Below, in pieces: positions 1 through 12,702 of a DNA stretch of 64,000 nt (position 1 is the stretch's first letter; each line of letters opens with the position of its first letter). The stretch is from Macrostomum lignano (taxonomy: Eukaryota), in the NCBI GenBank assembly GCA_002269645.1, contig NIVC01000861.1, forward strand, positions 62,001 to 126,000. Reading direction: 5' to 3'. The translations under genes and the position numbers were made by a program. The notes beneath the pieces were generated by a model. That model did not search any database. It was not told the DNA's origin and saw nothing but the letters and a program-made list of their open reading frames with translations.

Positions 1-69
1 TCGATTGATAAAATGATGACGGAATAAGCTGGCATTGTTAGTCAGGAGCTTTGCCTAATTGTTAGTTAA

Positions 70-645
70 ATCCGTGATCTGGCCCTGAGTGTTGCATACT
101 TGTCACCACTCGGATCAACCAGTGGGTGGCTTCAAAGCACAGGGAGAGGTGGGCTAACGCCCCCGACTGCCGGCAATCCCGCGCGGCTGTCCCCTGTTCT
201 TCCTCCGCCCTGCGCAGGGCCCTGTTTGGACTCAACCGCAGGGACATCAGGGCGGTGATCATGGCCCTCTCGGGTCATGGCTGTTTTGCCAGGCATCGGC
301 ACCTCCAGGGAAAATCCGCAGTGAGGAATGCCCCTTCTGCCTCTCCGGTGTCGAGAATGCGGAGCACTTCATCTGTGAATGCCCCGCCTTTACTCAGGAC
401 AGGCTCACCTACCTCGGCCCAAACCCGGACCTCTCCGACGTTTTCAGGCCCGAGAATCTCTGCCAGCTCGTCCGCTACCTAAGGGCTCTCCGGAGGGGGA
501 CCACGCTGCGGACACCGGCACCACCGGAACTCCCTGCGCGACACCGCGGCACCAGCTGCCCGTGGTCGCCAGGGGTTAGCGAAATGGGCGGCGGTAAGAG
601 TGTTACACACTATGCACATCGCTAGTATCAGATTATAATAAAATT
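70..645 (+). mobile_element. 5'-truncated 3' end of a non-LTR retrotransposon (RNase H-bearing I/R1/LOA-like LINE), frameshifted
   Basis: ORF 126..482 reads W..KHRERW..APDCRQS...[17 protein letters not shown] shifted frame continues [21 protein letters not shown], the C-terminal CCHC knuckle typical of these LINE ORF2 proteins. AATAAA at 637-642. Boundaries approximate. Confidence 0.7.
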
Positions 646-1088
646 TAATTCGGAATTCTATTCGGAATATTGATTAGTAAGAAAAAAGCAGCACCCATTT
701 TTTTTTTAAATAATGCCCGATAAAATCACCGATATTCTGAAAACTTTTCAGTTTGAGTCTCGTAATAAAATTCACATCCGAAAAGAGAAATTTCAACAAA
801 TGCGACTTCTTTGACTGACAGATTGGCAAATAAAATGGAAATTATTTTTACATTAAGTGGGCATCGTGGGCGCTAAAAAAATCTCGATTTGTTTTTCTTA
901 TCGCGTTGAAGTCAATTCGATTCTGATTGGACAACAAATCGCTGCAAAGCTCTCAACCGGTGCATTCGCCCTCCTCGCACTCCAACCCCCTCCCACTCGC
1001 TCGAGTGGGGAAGATAAGAGCCAGAGATCCCCGCCAGTCTGCTCAGACTCGCAATCCCATTCAAACTGATTTCAATTGAAAATAGACC

Positions 1089-4000
1089 ATGATGGCAAAC
1101 GTGTGCAGCAGCTCGGACCAGTCCTCCAGCCCCTTCAAGGAGCCACTGGTGACCCTCGTCGCCGATTGCCAGTGGCTCGTTGCTAATGGCAACGACAGCG
1201 AGAGACTCGGAGCCACGCATTTCGAATCCTGGCGCGTGCTCAAGCTGCTCCAGTGCGGCCTGAGCGTCTGCGTCGGTTTCGGCGATTTAATGGCCTTCGT
1301 TGTCTACGGAGCGCTGCTCTGGCGCGGTCGGCAACGTCGACGGCGTGGAGCCGGCGTTGGCAGCGACGGCGGAGCTCGGGTGCAGCTGCTGCTGCTGCTG
1401 CTGGCGCTGCTGGAGGCCGCTCTGCAGGTGGCGCTGACGCTGAGCAGGGCGGACGCCATTCTCTCGCGGTCAGCCTTCGGCGTCGACGGCCAGCCTTGGC
1501 AGGCGGCAGCGGCAGCGGCGGCGGAGGCAGAGATCGACAATGAAGGAGGCGAGGTCGGTTCGACAGTGGAATGGCGAGCGCCGTTTCTGCAGGTAAGCAG
1601 GTTGTTTCGGGACTTTGTTATCATTTTCTCAATGCGAATTTTGCTAATTTTTCTATTGCACCTGCCCTGCTATTGCGCGGCGCATCTGAAGGCTGCGTAC
1701 GGCTGTTCAGTCCAAGGATTGGGGGGTCGCCACACACACCCTCAACTACCCCAGCTAATGATGGTACCTAATGATTTTACAGCTGGGTGAACTGTAGCAA
1801 TGCAGAGTTAAGTGTCTTGCTCAAGGACACAACTTCTAGGTTGCAGCCTAGTGATAGGGGCTTGCTACTGGACAAGTTATGCTTTACAAGTTGATTCCCC
1901 AAAATCTATTTTTGGTAACCAAATCTGTTCACCAATATTCAGTTTAGCCCAATTACAAGCATTTAAATTAAAAGTGCATTTAAATAGCAACTCGTGAAAT
2001 AATGGAAATTCAATAGCGGGGGATACGATTAATGCTTGTGCTGCCTTTTCTATTCGATTTCAAAAGTGAAATCTTTGAATGGGTGTTAGCGCAATCAACA
2101 ATCTTGGATAAATTTAGAATTAGAAAAATCAAAAACAGGCTAAATAATTAAAAAACCATCAAAAGAATTTCGCACAAAGAAATGACAGGACCTTTTGTCT
2201 TGGATTATTTGTGAGAAATAAAATAATCCTGATTAAATTTGCTTGTCCGATTCAGAACTGACTCAACTGGCTTCCTAGGGCTGCAGAGACCAAAGTAGCT
2301 CTGGTTTTAGTCACTACTGAGCAATAATTTTCTGGGGTAGTTATCAGCACAGGTAATTATGGTCTGGGGTAGTTATCAGCACAGGTAATTATGGTCTGGG
2401 GTAGTTATCAGCACAGGTAATTATGGTCTGGGGTAGTTATCAGCACAGGTAATTATGGTCTGGGGTAGTTATCAGCACAGGTAATTATGGTCTGGGGTAG
2501 TTATCAGCACAAGTAATTATTGTCTGGGGGTAATTATCGGCACAGGTAATTATGGTCTGGGGGTAATTACCGGCACAGGTAATTATGGTCTGGGGTAGTT
2601 ATCCGCTCAGGTAATTACGGTCTGGGGTAGTTATCGGAGTAATTATGGTCTCATAGGTAATTAACTAAAGACTCAGTTATCAACACAGTTAATTATTTGT
2701 AGTCTCAAGTAGATGCCAGCATAGGTAATTATAATCTCAGATAAACCACCAACCACTGTTCAGGTTCGCAATCTGGCACCCTACCTGGTTTGGGTGCACC
2801 TGGTCCGCCTATCAGAGCTGGCCGTGGCAGCCCTGTTTCCAGCCCGCAACATCTGGCTGATGCTGGCCGTCTGCGATCGCTGCTGCCTGCTTTGGCGCCG
2901 ATCGTCTGGCGCCCGTCTGCGCTACATCGGCGCCGCGGCTGGCGTCAACCTGGCAGCTTGGCTCGCGGCCGCGGCGGCTTGGCAACTGGCCATGGTCCGG
3001 TTCAGCCTCGTGGCCTGCGAGCAAGGACAACAGCTGGAGCTGCTCAGTCCCGCATATTGGAGCTCGGATTCTGTTGTGAACTACAGCCGAATTGCCGTGC
3101 CCGGATCTGAGGCACTCACCCAGGTGAGCAGGAGGCTTGGTTTTGTTGCCTGAGTATATAAGCGCTGAGTTGTTCTGAGTTGCTCTGAGTTGCTCTGAGT
3201 TGCTCTGAGTTGTTCTGAGTTGTTCTGAGTTTTTCTGAGTTGCTTTGAGTTGCTCTGAGTTGCTCTGAGTTGCTCTGAGTTGTTCTGAGTTGTTCTGAGT
3301 TGCTCTGAGTTGCTCTGAGTTGCTCTGAGTTGCTCTGAGTTGCTCTGAGTTGTTCTGAGTTGTTCTGAGTTTTTCTGAGTTGCTCTGAGTTGCTCTGAGT
3401 TGCTCTGAGTTGTTCTGAGTTTTTCGGAGTAGCTCTGAGTTGTTCTGAGTTTTTCGGAGTAGCTCTGAGTTGTTCTGAGTTGCTCTGAGTTGCTCTGATT
3501 TGTTCTGAGTTGTTCTGAGTTGTTCTAAGTTGTTCTAAGTCGGTGTTAGTGTTAGATTAGTTAGCTTGTAAAGGCAGGGTGGCTGTGTGCAGCCTGGCGC
3601 ACTCTAAGCGACATTGTCACACAACCATCGAGAGGCATTGCTGCCAATTCCGCCGACTCCCCTGAGCAGGCACACAAACGCGCGGATACGCACGCAGTCA
3701 TACGCACAGGCACACACTCACACAGGAGTGTACAGCGGCACTAACTTTATTTATCGTTAGGCATGTACACTTCACTGTGCCTTGGGGGTTTGGGCCTCAA
3801 GGGCGTCAATTGCACGAGCAGAGCCAAGCCGAGATTCCAATTCAGCCCCAAATTAATGCGACTGCACTTGGAATCGAGCCTGGGCCGCAGGCACTGTTGG
3901 TGAATTGTTCTGATTCCGAGTCCTGATCTGATCCGTGATCTGTAGGAGTCGAAAAAAAATTAATTCGCTGTTTTGTTTGCGTTTTTGACTCTCCAACTGC

Positions 4001-5459
4001 AGGGTTGGTACTGACAGAAAATCGCTGTTCATCATTCGTTTCTGAATCTTTGCCAATGCCTCTAATTAGTATAGATCTTTGAAGCTTGTATGGGTGATAA
4101 TCGAAGGTTGTTTCTTTTTTACTTAAGCTTGCATTGTACCGACAATAGTCAAATAAATAGGCCTGCTCTCTTCATTGCTAGCTCCCATGCCATCGGAAGG
4201 ATTTGGGAAGGATTTGAGCAGGGTTAGCAGGTTTCTGTTTTCATAAGACAGTCGTGAGCCTAAGCGCCAAAAATGAATTAAATGGATTTGAAGTGCAGGA
4301 GAGATTGACAAAGCGATTCAATTACTTTGGAGAAAATTAATTGTTGGAAATGGGTGCTGCACTATTTAGTGTAAAAAATAAATGGGTTGAATCTATGTAT
4401 CGTGTTGCTTCGGTGTTGCTACGGTATTGCTATAGTGTTGCTATGGTGTTGCTATGGTGTTGCTATGGTGTTGCTATGGTGTGTCTTCTATGTTGTTGTG
4501 GTGTCGCTATAGTGTTGCTATGGTGTTTCTAAGGTGTTGCAATGGTAATGCTACGGTGTTGCTATGGTGTTGTAATGCGATGGGACGATGTCTTTTCTGT
4601 TCAAGCTTGTAAAATATTTAATTAAATGCTCAATTGGTGTCCAAGGTCATTCATTCTGTTTAAACTCTGCCAAATCGCATTCCAGATCAACCGTCTAATC
4701 GAGATCTGCCCACCGTCGGGCGCGTTCATTCGAGCGCTGCACTCGGTGTACTACAAACTTACTGTCTACCTGCCCATGCTGGTCATTGCCGCTGGCTGCG
4801 CGGTCACCTGGCACCGGGTGCGCGGTCATCGGGTCCGCAGTCGACAACGTCGAGTCCGTCGCCAGCTAGTAGCCATCTCGGCCAGCTTCATCCTGTTGGA
4901 GTCGCCGATGCTGCTGGCTCAGTTAATCTACGAGCTGAAATCTAAGGAGCCAGTGGATCTGATTGGCGAGGACAGCCTGCAGCTGTTCCGCCAGCGGACT
5001 CGCTTGACGGAAGCTGTTGAGACCCTCTCGGGCCTGCACTCGCTGGTCATTCTCATGCTCTACCTGTTCGCCGATTCGAAATTTCGAGCCGGCGTCTGCC
5101 GGCTGATTGTTGAATGTCGTCGAGGCTGTCGACGACGACTAGCCCCTGCTACAGCTCGTGCCGTGGTCGGTCGGAGCAATGAACGCGAACGTCGACGAGA
5201 ACAACCAATTCCGCTGCTGCCTTGCAGCTCTGCGGGCGGAGCTGCTGCTGCCGCCGCTGCTACGGAGACAGCCGATGTCACCGGCATCGTCACCGTCAAC
5301 GTCTCGGCCAATGCTGCCGCCGCCGCTGCCGCAACCGACAAGGCTAAAGCCCGACATCAACTCTCGACAATTTTCAGCGACAGCAGCGCAATGTCGCGTA
5401 ACGAGACCTGGCACAAGAGCAGCAGCAGCGATGGCAGCGTGGGTTTTAATTTAGTTTAG
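1089..5459 (+). CDS. Rhodopsin-family (class A) orphan peptide-type GPCR, 3 exons: 1089-1592, 2764-3123, 4686-5459
   Basis: Phase-0 GT-AG junctions (CAG|gtaagc, cag|GTTCGC, CAG|gtgagc, ttccag|ATC) join seven hydrophobic segments. Motifs: TM1 GD (for GN), TM2 LALLE, TM3 end CDRC (DRY-like), TM5 LP, TM6 FILLESP, TM7 LYLFADSKFR. Small extra exons cannot be excluded. Confidence 0.8.
2327..2660. repeat. 32-bp minisatellite (GCACAGGTAATTATGGTCTGGGGTAGTTATCA), about 10 units, GPCR intron 1
   Basis: Period 32 read directly (TTATCAGC at 2341 and 2373); degenerates towards the 3' end. Confidence 0.95.
3165..3540. repeat. 10-bp minisatellite (GAGTTGYTCT)n, GPCR intron 2
   Basis: Direct reading, about 37 units. 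Confidence 0.95.
3565..3885 (-). mobile_element. Dispersed ~280-bp repeat (SINE-like), copy 1
   Basis: Reverse complement aligns to 27798-28075 at high but incomplete identity. B-box-like GGCTCGATTCC at its presumed 5' end. Confidence 0.7.
4420..4570. repeat. 11-bp degenerate repeat (CTATGGTGTTG)n, GPCR intron 2
   Basis: Direct reading; explains ORF 4341..4532. Confidence 0.85.
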
Positions 5460-6703
5460 GGATCAATTAAGAAGATTATGTTTGTTTGACGCGCATGCCT
5501 GACGTTGCAGTATCTGAGCGAATGAATTATCTTTGAATGCTGTCCGTCAGCACACGGCAATTGACCCCAAAAACGTCTATGTACCGCCGTCACTGCACTC
5601 TGTCAATGCTCTGTCCGTTTCCGTTACAGCAATCTCCGTGTTTCTTCTTGTAAATTGTTACAAGAAGTAATTTGCATCATTAAATATAACTTTACTGGCG
5701 TCACCTATCCTACCTGTCGTTTGTCCTATTCCTATTTAAAACAGTTACGAGTACTTTGGTGTAACAATTTTTACCAGCATCTGAAAATTGGTCGATCTTT
5801 GATTGGCTTGTCATTTTTCTATACTTTATATATTGTTTTAATGAATTAGTTTTATAAATGCCTCGCATAATTGTTTCTGTATAATATTTTCCCTTAGAAG
5901 GAAACAATTATCATTGCTTATCTAATTTTATATTATATGCACTAACAAACAGATCTAGACGTGCGAAAGCAAGAAGCGACAGAATTTGAATCCGTTCGAT
6001 GCTAATTTTGTTTTACTTGCCAGTGTATATGCTGTAACTATTGATAATTGTAAAAATATATATGACTTATTATTTCGTCTCTACATGTCAACAATTTCAA
6101 AATTAGTTATGGCAACCATCAGATAACTAAAGATAAATAACTAGAAAAAGTAATTAGCTTAACTAAAACAAAACGCCTCACTTGTGCTTGTAAACGCGAT
6201 TTTAAATTATAACTTTACGTTGTATTTCTGTGCAAAAAATGTTTTTTTATTTGCGAATTCTTAGAGGGTATTTTTATGCCTAGAATTTAAAAATAATCAT
6301 CGTTCTGTAAGTGTAATTGTTAAAACAATGTTTACTAAAATCGATAGCTAAATAACTTCTTTATACAAGCATTCTATATAGCATTACTAACTGTTGATAA
6401 TACATTAATATACAAAATACTATACTTTATACTATTAAAATATACAAAATTTAAAAACTGCTTTTTTCTTCCCTCATCTCATCCTTAATTATGCACGGCC
6501 ATCGAAATTTCAGAGCCTCGAGCAGAATCAGCAGTGAAAAAATGCCTTGTAAAATATGGCCCTTCAAAAAAAGAATTAGTCACGCTAACTTTTGAATTGA
6601 TCGAGAAATGTGGAATTAGAAGTGAGCAAATGCAATCGGAAATAAATAATTTGGGTAATGAAAATTGAGAATTGGAATTGGGAATGATTAAGTAAGCAAA
6701 CAT

Positions 6704-6861
6704 CAGGGGCGTAGCCAAGGGGGGATCAGCCGGCTGATCCAGGCTAAATGCCGCAGCACCCCCCTCCCCCGTCGAAGAGGCCTAGCACCCCTGCCATCGG
6801 TTGCCGCTGTGAGCCTGTGACTGTACCCCCCCCCCCGAAGGAAATCCTGGCTACGCCACTG
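6704..6861. mobile_element. hAT-type MITE, 158 bp
   Basis: TIRs CAGGGGCGTAGCCA / TGGCTACGCCACTG. 8-bp TSD GCAAACAT (6696-6703) / GTAAACAT (6862-6869), one mismatch. Confidence 0.85.
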
Positions 6862-6956
6862 GTAAACATTAGGGAATTTGAGATTGGGACTTTTAGGCGT
6901 AAGTTCAATAAGAAATAGGGAATTACTTGTTCAAAAAGTCCTTTGCAGTTAAAATT

Positions 6957-7504
6957 CCTTTTTACGTTCTATTTGATAAAAACTGCAACCAATTTGGCCA
7001 CGGCTCAGCCTGACGCAGCCGCAGCAATTTTCCATAGACAGCCACCGCTAGCGGCAACCAATTTGGTAAAAACTGCGAGCTATTTTGCCAGCTTGAAGAT
7101 AGCAGCTCAATAGCATAACAATAACGATAAAGAATGTTAACAATACATGCACGAAGTCAGAACATTATGTCCTCAGCATTCAAGCACCGATTGAAGTACG
7201 TCTGGGAATGGTTGATCCAGCGCAGGCACTTGAGAGGCATGATGCCAAGCTGCCAAGCTCTCCCCAGTCGTTGCCACTCCTGTACGCTCTCACAATTCGC
7301 TCTCGATCCAGCTGACTTATCTTTTGGTACGGCCCACGATTCGCCATCAGAGCAGCTGCTATCTTCAAGCCGGCAAAATAGCTCGCAGTTTTTACCAAAT
7401 TGGTTGCCGCTAGCGGTGGCTGTCTATGGAAAATTCTATGTCTATGGTCAGGCTGAGCCGTGGCCAAATTGGTTGCAGTTTTTATCAAATAGAACGTAAA
7501 AAGG
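6957..7504 (-). mobile_element. Internally deleted DNA transposon with ~150-bp TIRs and a transposase N-terminal HTH remnant (IS630/Tc1-like)
   Basis: 6957-7107 is the near-perfect reverse complement of 7352-7504, apart from a small internal substitution block. Minus-strand ATG at 7347 gives MANRGPYQKISQLDRERIVRAYRSGNDW, resembling the first HTH of Tc1/IS630-type transposases. TSD unclear (TAAAATT / TATAATT). Confidence 0.7.
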
Positions 7505-8237
7505 TATAATTAAGTTAGCTCGGCCTCGTACTTGCAAAAAGGTTGCACAGTTTCTTTTCAATTCATGACCTAAATAAGTGGCTATAGTTTTGTTTAAAGC
7601 TTAAAAACAGTCATCGAAAGCAAACACGTGATCACAGAGCTCTAATTATGAAAGAGCTAGGACCTCGAGCAAAACATTGCATGCAGACACTCATGTCAAG
7701 CGATTCTAATCTAAAGCCACTAATCGCCAGTGAGAGAATTAAAGCAACTAGACTGTGAGAATTGTCCAGGATCCCTTACCCCATTTACAGCCTGTAGGCT
7801 GTAAAACGAGAATTATCTATAATTATAATTAACAGATGGGGGGAGGCGTGGCTAAATGAGTTGTTTGCGTCACAGCTTTAGCTATGCGCCTGAAGCGGTA
7901 ATTATAGCTCTGTAATTTGTGAGCTTTGCGTTGATGAAATATTTCGAAACACAATTATTGATCTTATCAATGCATCTCTAATTGTTTAAGTTTAATTAGC
8001 TAATTACATATAACGTATGACATTTTGTGGGTTCGAGTAATTAATTATAATAATAATTTATCATAAATCTAGTGAACTATTTTGTAGATTTATGATAAAT
8101 AAATCAAGCAAGAGAAAGCTAACGCTTTGGGTACATAATTCGCGCCCATGCTTAAAAAGCTTGAAGCAATTTTGAATTCTCCTTCAGCAAGTTCTTCTTT
8201 CGTACATTACCAATTACTATGTACCACAGACACAAAC

Positions 8238-8615
8238 GATGAGAGGAGAGAGGAGAGAGGAGAGAGAGAAGAGAGGAGAGAGGTGAGAAGAGGAGAGGAG
8301 AGATGAGAGAGGAAAGGAGAGGGGAGAGAAGAAAGAGGAGAGGAGAGAGGAGAGGGGAGAGAGGAGAGGAGAGGAGAGAGGAGAGAGGAGAGGGGTGAGA
8401 GGAGAGGAGAGGAGAGAGGAGAGGAGAGAGGAGAGGAGAGAGGAGAGGAGAGAGGAGAGGAGAGCTGAGAGAAGAGAGGGAGAGGAGAGAGGAGAGGGGT
8501 GAGAGGAGAAGAGATCTGAGAGAGGAGAGGAGAGAGGAGAGAGGAGAGAGGAGAGAGGAGAAAGGAGAGAATAGAGAGGGGAGAGGAGATGAGAGAAAGA
8601 GGAGAGAGGAGAGGA
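8238..8615. repeat. Polypurine (GAGAG/GAGAGGA)n microsatellite
   Basis: Direct reading. Confidence 0.95.
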
Positions 8616-9645
8616 AAACTATCTTTGTTCTCTTACTCGTGACCTGGTAAAAATTGCTGTATCATACCCTGGTATATATTGGTCTTCTAAACAATTCCCT
8701 GTGCTATTTTTTCATCTTTAACAAAGTACAAGCGAATCTATAGGTATTGCATGTGGATTGGAAAGCAAGATTGAGCAAGATTGAGTGCTGGAAAAGAACT
8801 CATGACACAAATTATCCGGCAACTCAAGAATTCTTTCATTCTATAACTACGAAGGATTACAGAGAGCTGATATGAACCGTCATGGATTCGGGCTGCACGT
8901 AATGAAGACCTGACAAAATCGATATATCTCAAGACCGGAAGCTGCAAGATCCCCTAGTCCAAAGCCATTTAATCACGTGCGATTATATATAATCCATATT
9001 TCACCAAGCTCCCTTGATCTAAAAAGACAAATTGACGCAATACATGTACATGTATAAGTCTTTTGCGAATGATACAAATCAGGCTAACTGGTTAACAAAA
9101 ATCTTATCTTCATCTAACAAATTAATAGTTCACAGCTCCTTTCGAATTTTCAGTGTTTCGTTGGTTGCATTCCTACATGTATGTTCCTGACAAACAAATC
9201 CAAACTTAATTAAAATATTTGTTGAAAATTTACAATACCACGTTCTCTAAAATTTATATGTAAAAATGCGCAAGCAAAAAACAAATGTATAACAATCTGG
9301 CACTGCATCTGCTTCAAAAAGAGGCAGGATGAAGCAGCAAATAATTAGGAGATGAGCTAGAGAGACGGCTGTAACGAAAATTATAGCTAGCAGACTCAAA
9401 GAAGGCAAATGCAAGCTGCTAGCTAGTGCTGCATTGGGTTGATCAGGCATGGGTGGGGCGTAGCCAGGACTTCTTTTAAAGGGGGCGCCCTCTTCTATGT
9501 TCTATATGCACACGTTCTAGTACATCAGCACACGCAATTTCACTAGGCCTCGGGTAATGTACCAACCAGCATTTTTTCGATTGGAGTAAACGGTGAAACG
9601 GTGCACCCATGCAGCAGTCGATTTCGCTCGAGATACCTTATCCAA

Positions 9646-9994
<349 letters not shown>

Positions 9995-12702
9995 ACATGC
10001 AATCGTCCTTGGGTTAAGGTCGGTCGGAAAGGATTAGATTAACCGAAAGCTGCCTGTACCATGTATACATGTATGTGCATTCACGTACCCAACTGCACAC
10101 AAAGACGCCAAGCTCTCTAATTGCAAAGCTGCTTGTTGGAAGCAATTCAGTTAAAGATGCTGCAGACGATGAAAATGGCTTGATTACTTGCAGCTTTCGT
10201 GTAGCACGTGTACATACTTGTTAAACTGCGTTGCCAACCAATGCTTCGAAGTTTTAAAATCATTTCACTGTTGACATTTTCTTAGAAATCATCATCACTG
10301 AGACCTCACATTATTATTAGAGAACGAGCGATGACAGATACAAACAGTCCGTGCTATTGCTAATGATGGATTTCGGATGGTGCATCTGCTCTAAAACACA
10401 TGCTATCTAGCTCAAACAATAAATCAAGCTCTCTTTATCAAGATTAATATGCTGCTTCTTAAATTGTTTCATATTGTTTCATGCTGTTTTATAATTTTCA
10501 TATTATTAATACTGAATATGAATAAAACGTATGAGCAATTCTAATGATATATGTGCTACAATCTATCATCTAGCCAACCATGGCATTTTGATAAAAATGT
10601 TTGAAAAATAATGAAAATAGGTGGACAATAATGGTCGTGGAAAGAAGCTTCAATCCATCAAATCTTCACCCCCTGCTCATCCCAATCCCTCCTCACCCAG
10701 CCCAAATCTGCATTGTATAGTGCGAATTGTGTCATTCAAAAGTCAATACTGAGCTAGAATTTATTACACACTTAAAAGTAATGACTTTATTATATTGATT
10801 ATATTACCTTTATTATATTAGGCCTATGCTTAAGCAAAAAAGCCAATGGCTATATAACTAGCTATTTAAATGAAAATTTTGTCTAAATCATAGCCTAAAT
10901 TCAATAGTAACCTAAACGATGATTATAATTTAGTATTAAAACAAAATAGAAAATATAAGACTTAGATAATATCTATACAATTCTATAGTCTAGATCATAG
11001 TAAATGTATATTAGAATAGGCCTTGCTTCAAACCAAAATTAAAATAGGCCTAGGCCCTACATGCTATGGCATTTGTGCAATGGACATATACACTTTTTCT
11101 ATTTTCTGTATGCACTCCCTTGTCTGAATCACTGCGTGTCTATCTGGTTCTTCATCTATCTCTCTTTGTTTATTTGTCTATCTGCATGGGACTCATCCTA
11201 TTGTTTGTATCTCTCCCATAGTGTAGATCATGCTAAGTGCACACGAGAAACGACCCAAAGCTAATTCCCAAAAGCACGCTGACGACAAGTGAATGCATGC
11301 CAATGCATGTCGATAAATTAAAATTCAAATTGAAGACAAAAAACATATTTTAAACTGCATTGTGTAAAACAAAGCAACAAACAATGTACAAAAGAAATGA
11401 TATATCTTTAAAAACGTGTATTTCTCATACATTAATTTATTTAACAGTCTTATACACTGTTTATTTACAATAGTTTTTTTCAAAAGTTAAATACAATAAT
11501 ATGTATTTTATGTCTGCTTACCATTGCATTGGCAGCTTTGCCACATCAGGTGCCAGGCACGCGGCACGCGGCGCATGCCAGGCACGCCAGTGTATTTATG
11601 TAGTGTGCATTATGCACGCCAAATGCACGCCACTTACCTAATCGCACGCCGGTGCACACCACTTTTGAAAATGCACGCGGGAAAATTCTTGCGTGCACTA
11701 TATGATCTACACTATGGTATCTCTCCACTGTTTGTGCATTCTATTGCCTTCCCTCTATAAAGCTTGGGGTATATCCACCCCAAATATATTGTCATAAATG
11801 TGCTTCCAACTCTGTTTGGGAAAGGCACCTCTTTTCTGGTATCTCTCTGCAATTCTCAGCTTAGCAAAGCAAACTATTTTGTGCTACAAGCTAGCCTTTG
11901 CCTTTCAAAGTTATTACACACTAATACCAAACAAATCCATAGCATGTGAGCCAATGAACTGGGAGGTAGAGCCAATATGTATAAGCCTATACTAGCATGC
12001 TGTAACATGCATTATGCATACTAATAACCATACATTTTTTCATTTATAGTTTTCACAATTCTAGCATGTACTATATCTTGCAGAGTATAAAATAGAATAA
12101 TATATATGCCTACTTTAAGTTGTATTATTGCTAGCTATACCAATTTTATCACTAAACTAAAAATGGCTTTGTTTAAAAATGCTATATAGAAGGCCAATTG
12201 CAACTTAACCAAAAACAAAGAAATAAACTTAGCATTTCCAGTTAAAGTATAACTCAGGATTGCTATTAACTTTGATAATATAATCTTTTAAAAGTTAGTC
12301 TATAAGAACTATAACTTAACTATTAATATTAATAATTTTAGTACTTAAATAATGAACATTATGTATATAGAATTTTTTATATAATATTTAAAGTGAGCTT
12401 ATTTTAACATAATAAATAGCTAAAACCTATGGTAATTTGACTTAAAAGTTAAACTTGAATATAATGAAAACTAAAAAGATTTTTTAGCTATTGGTATAAC
12501 AAAGAAAGTGTATAATGTTTATAACATAATATTGTATCTATCTATATTAATCATATAATTGTACAATTCATGCCTTACTAGAAGATATGGTAGAAGTTAT
12601 TTACTATTAAAGACTTGCATCAATACTCAAAATTAAAGTGAATCATCTGCTTACTATATCCTGCACTGATTTTTTCTACAACTTAAAATCCAATAAATCA
12701 GT

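Noticed and set aside
9450-9492. GGGGCGTAGCCAGGA end resembling the 6704 MITE
   Set aside because: No second TIR or TSD; only a fragment.
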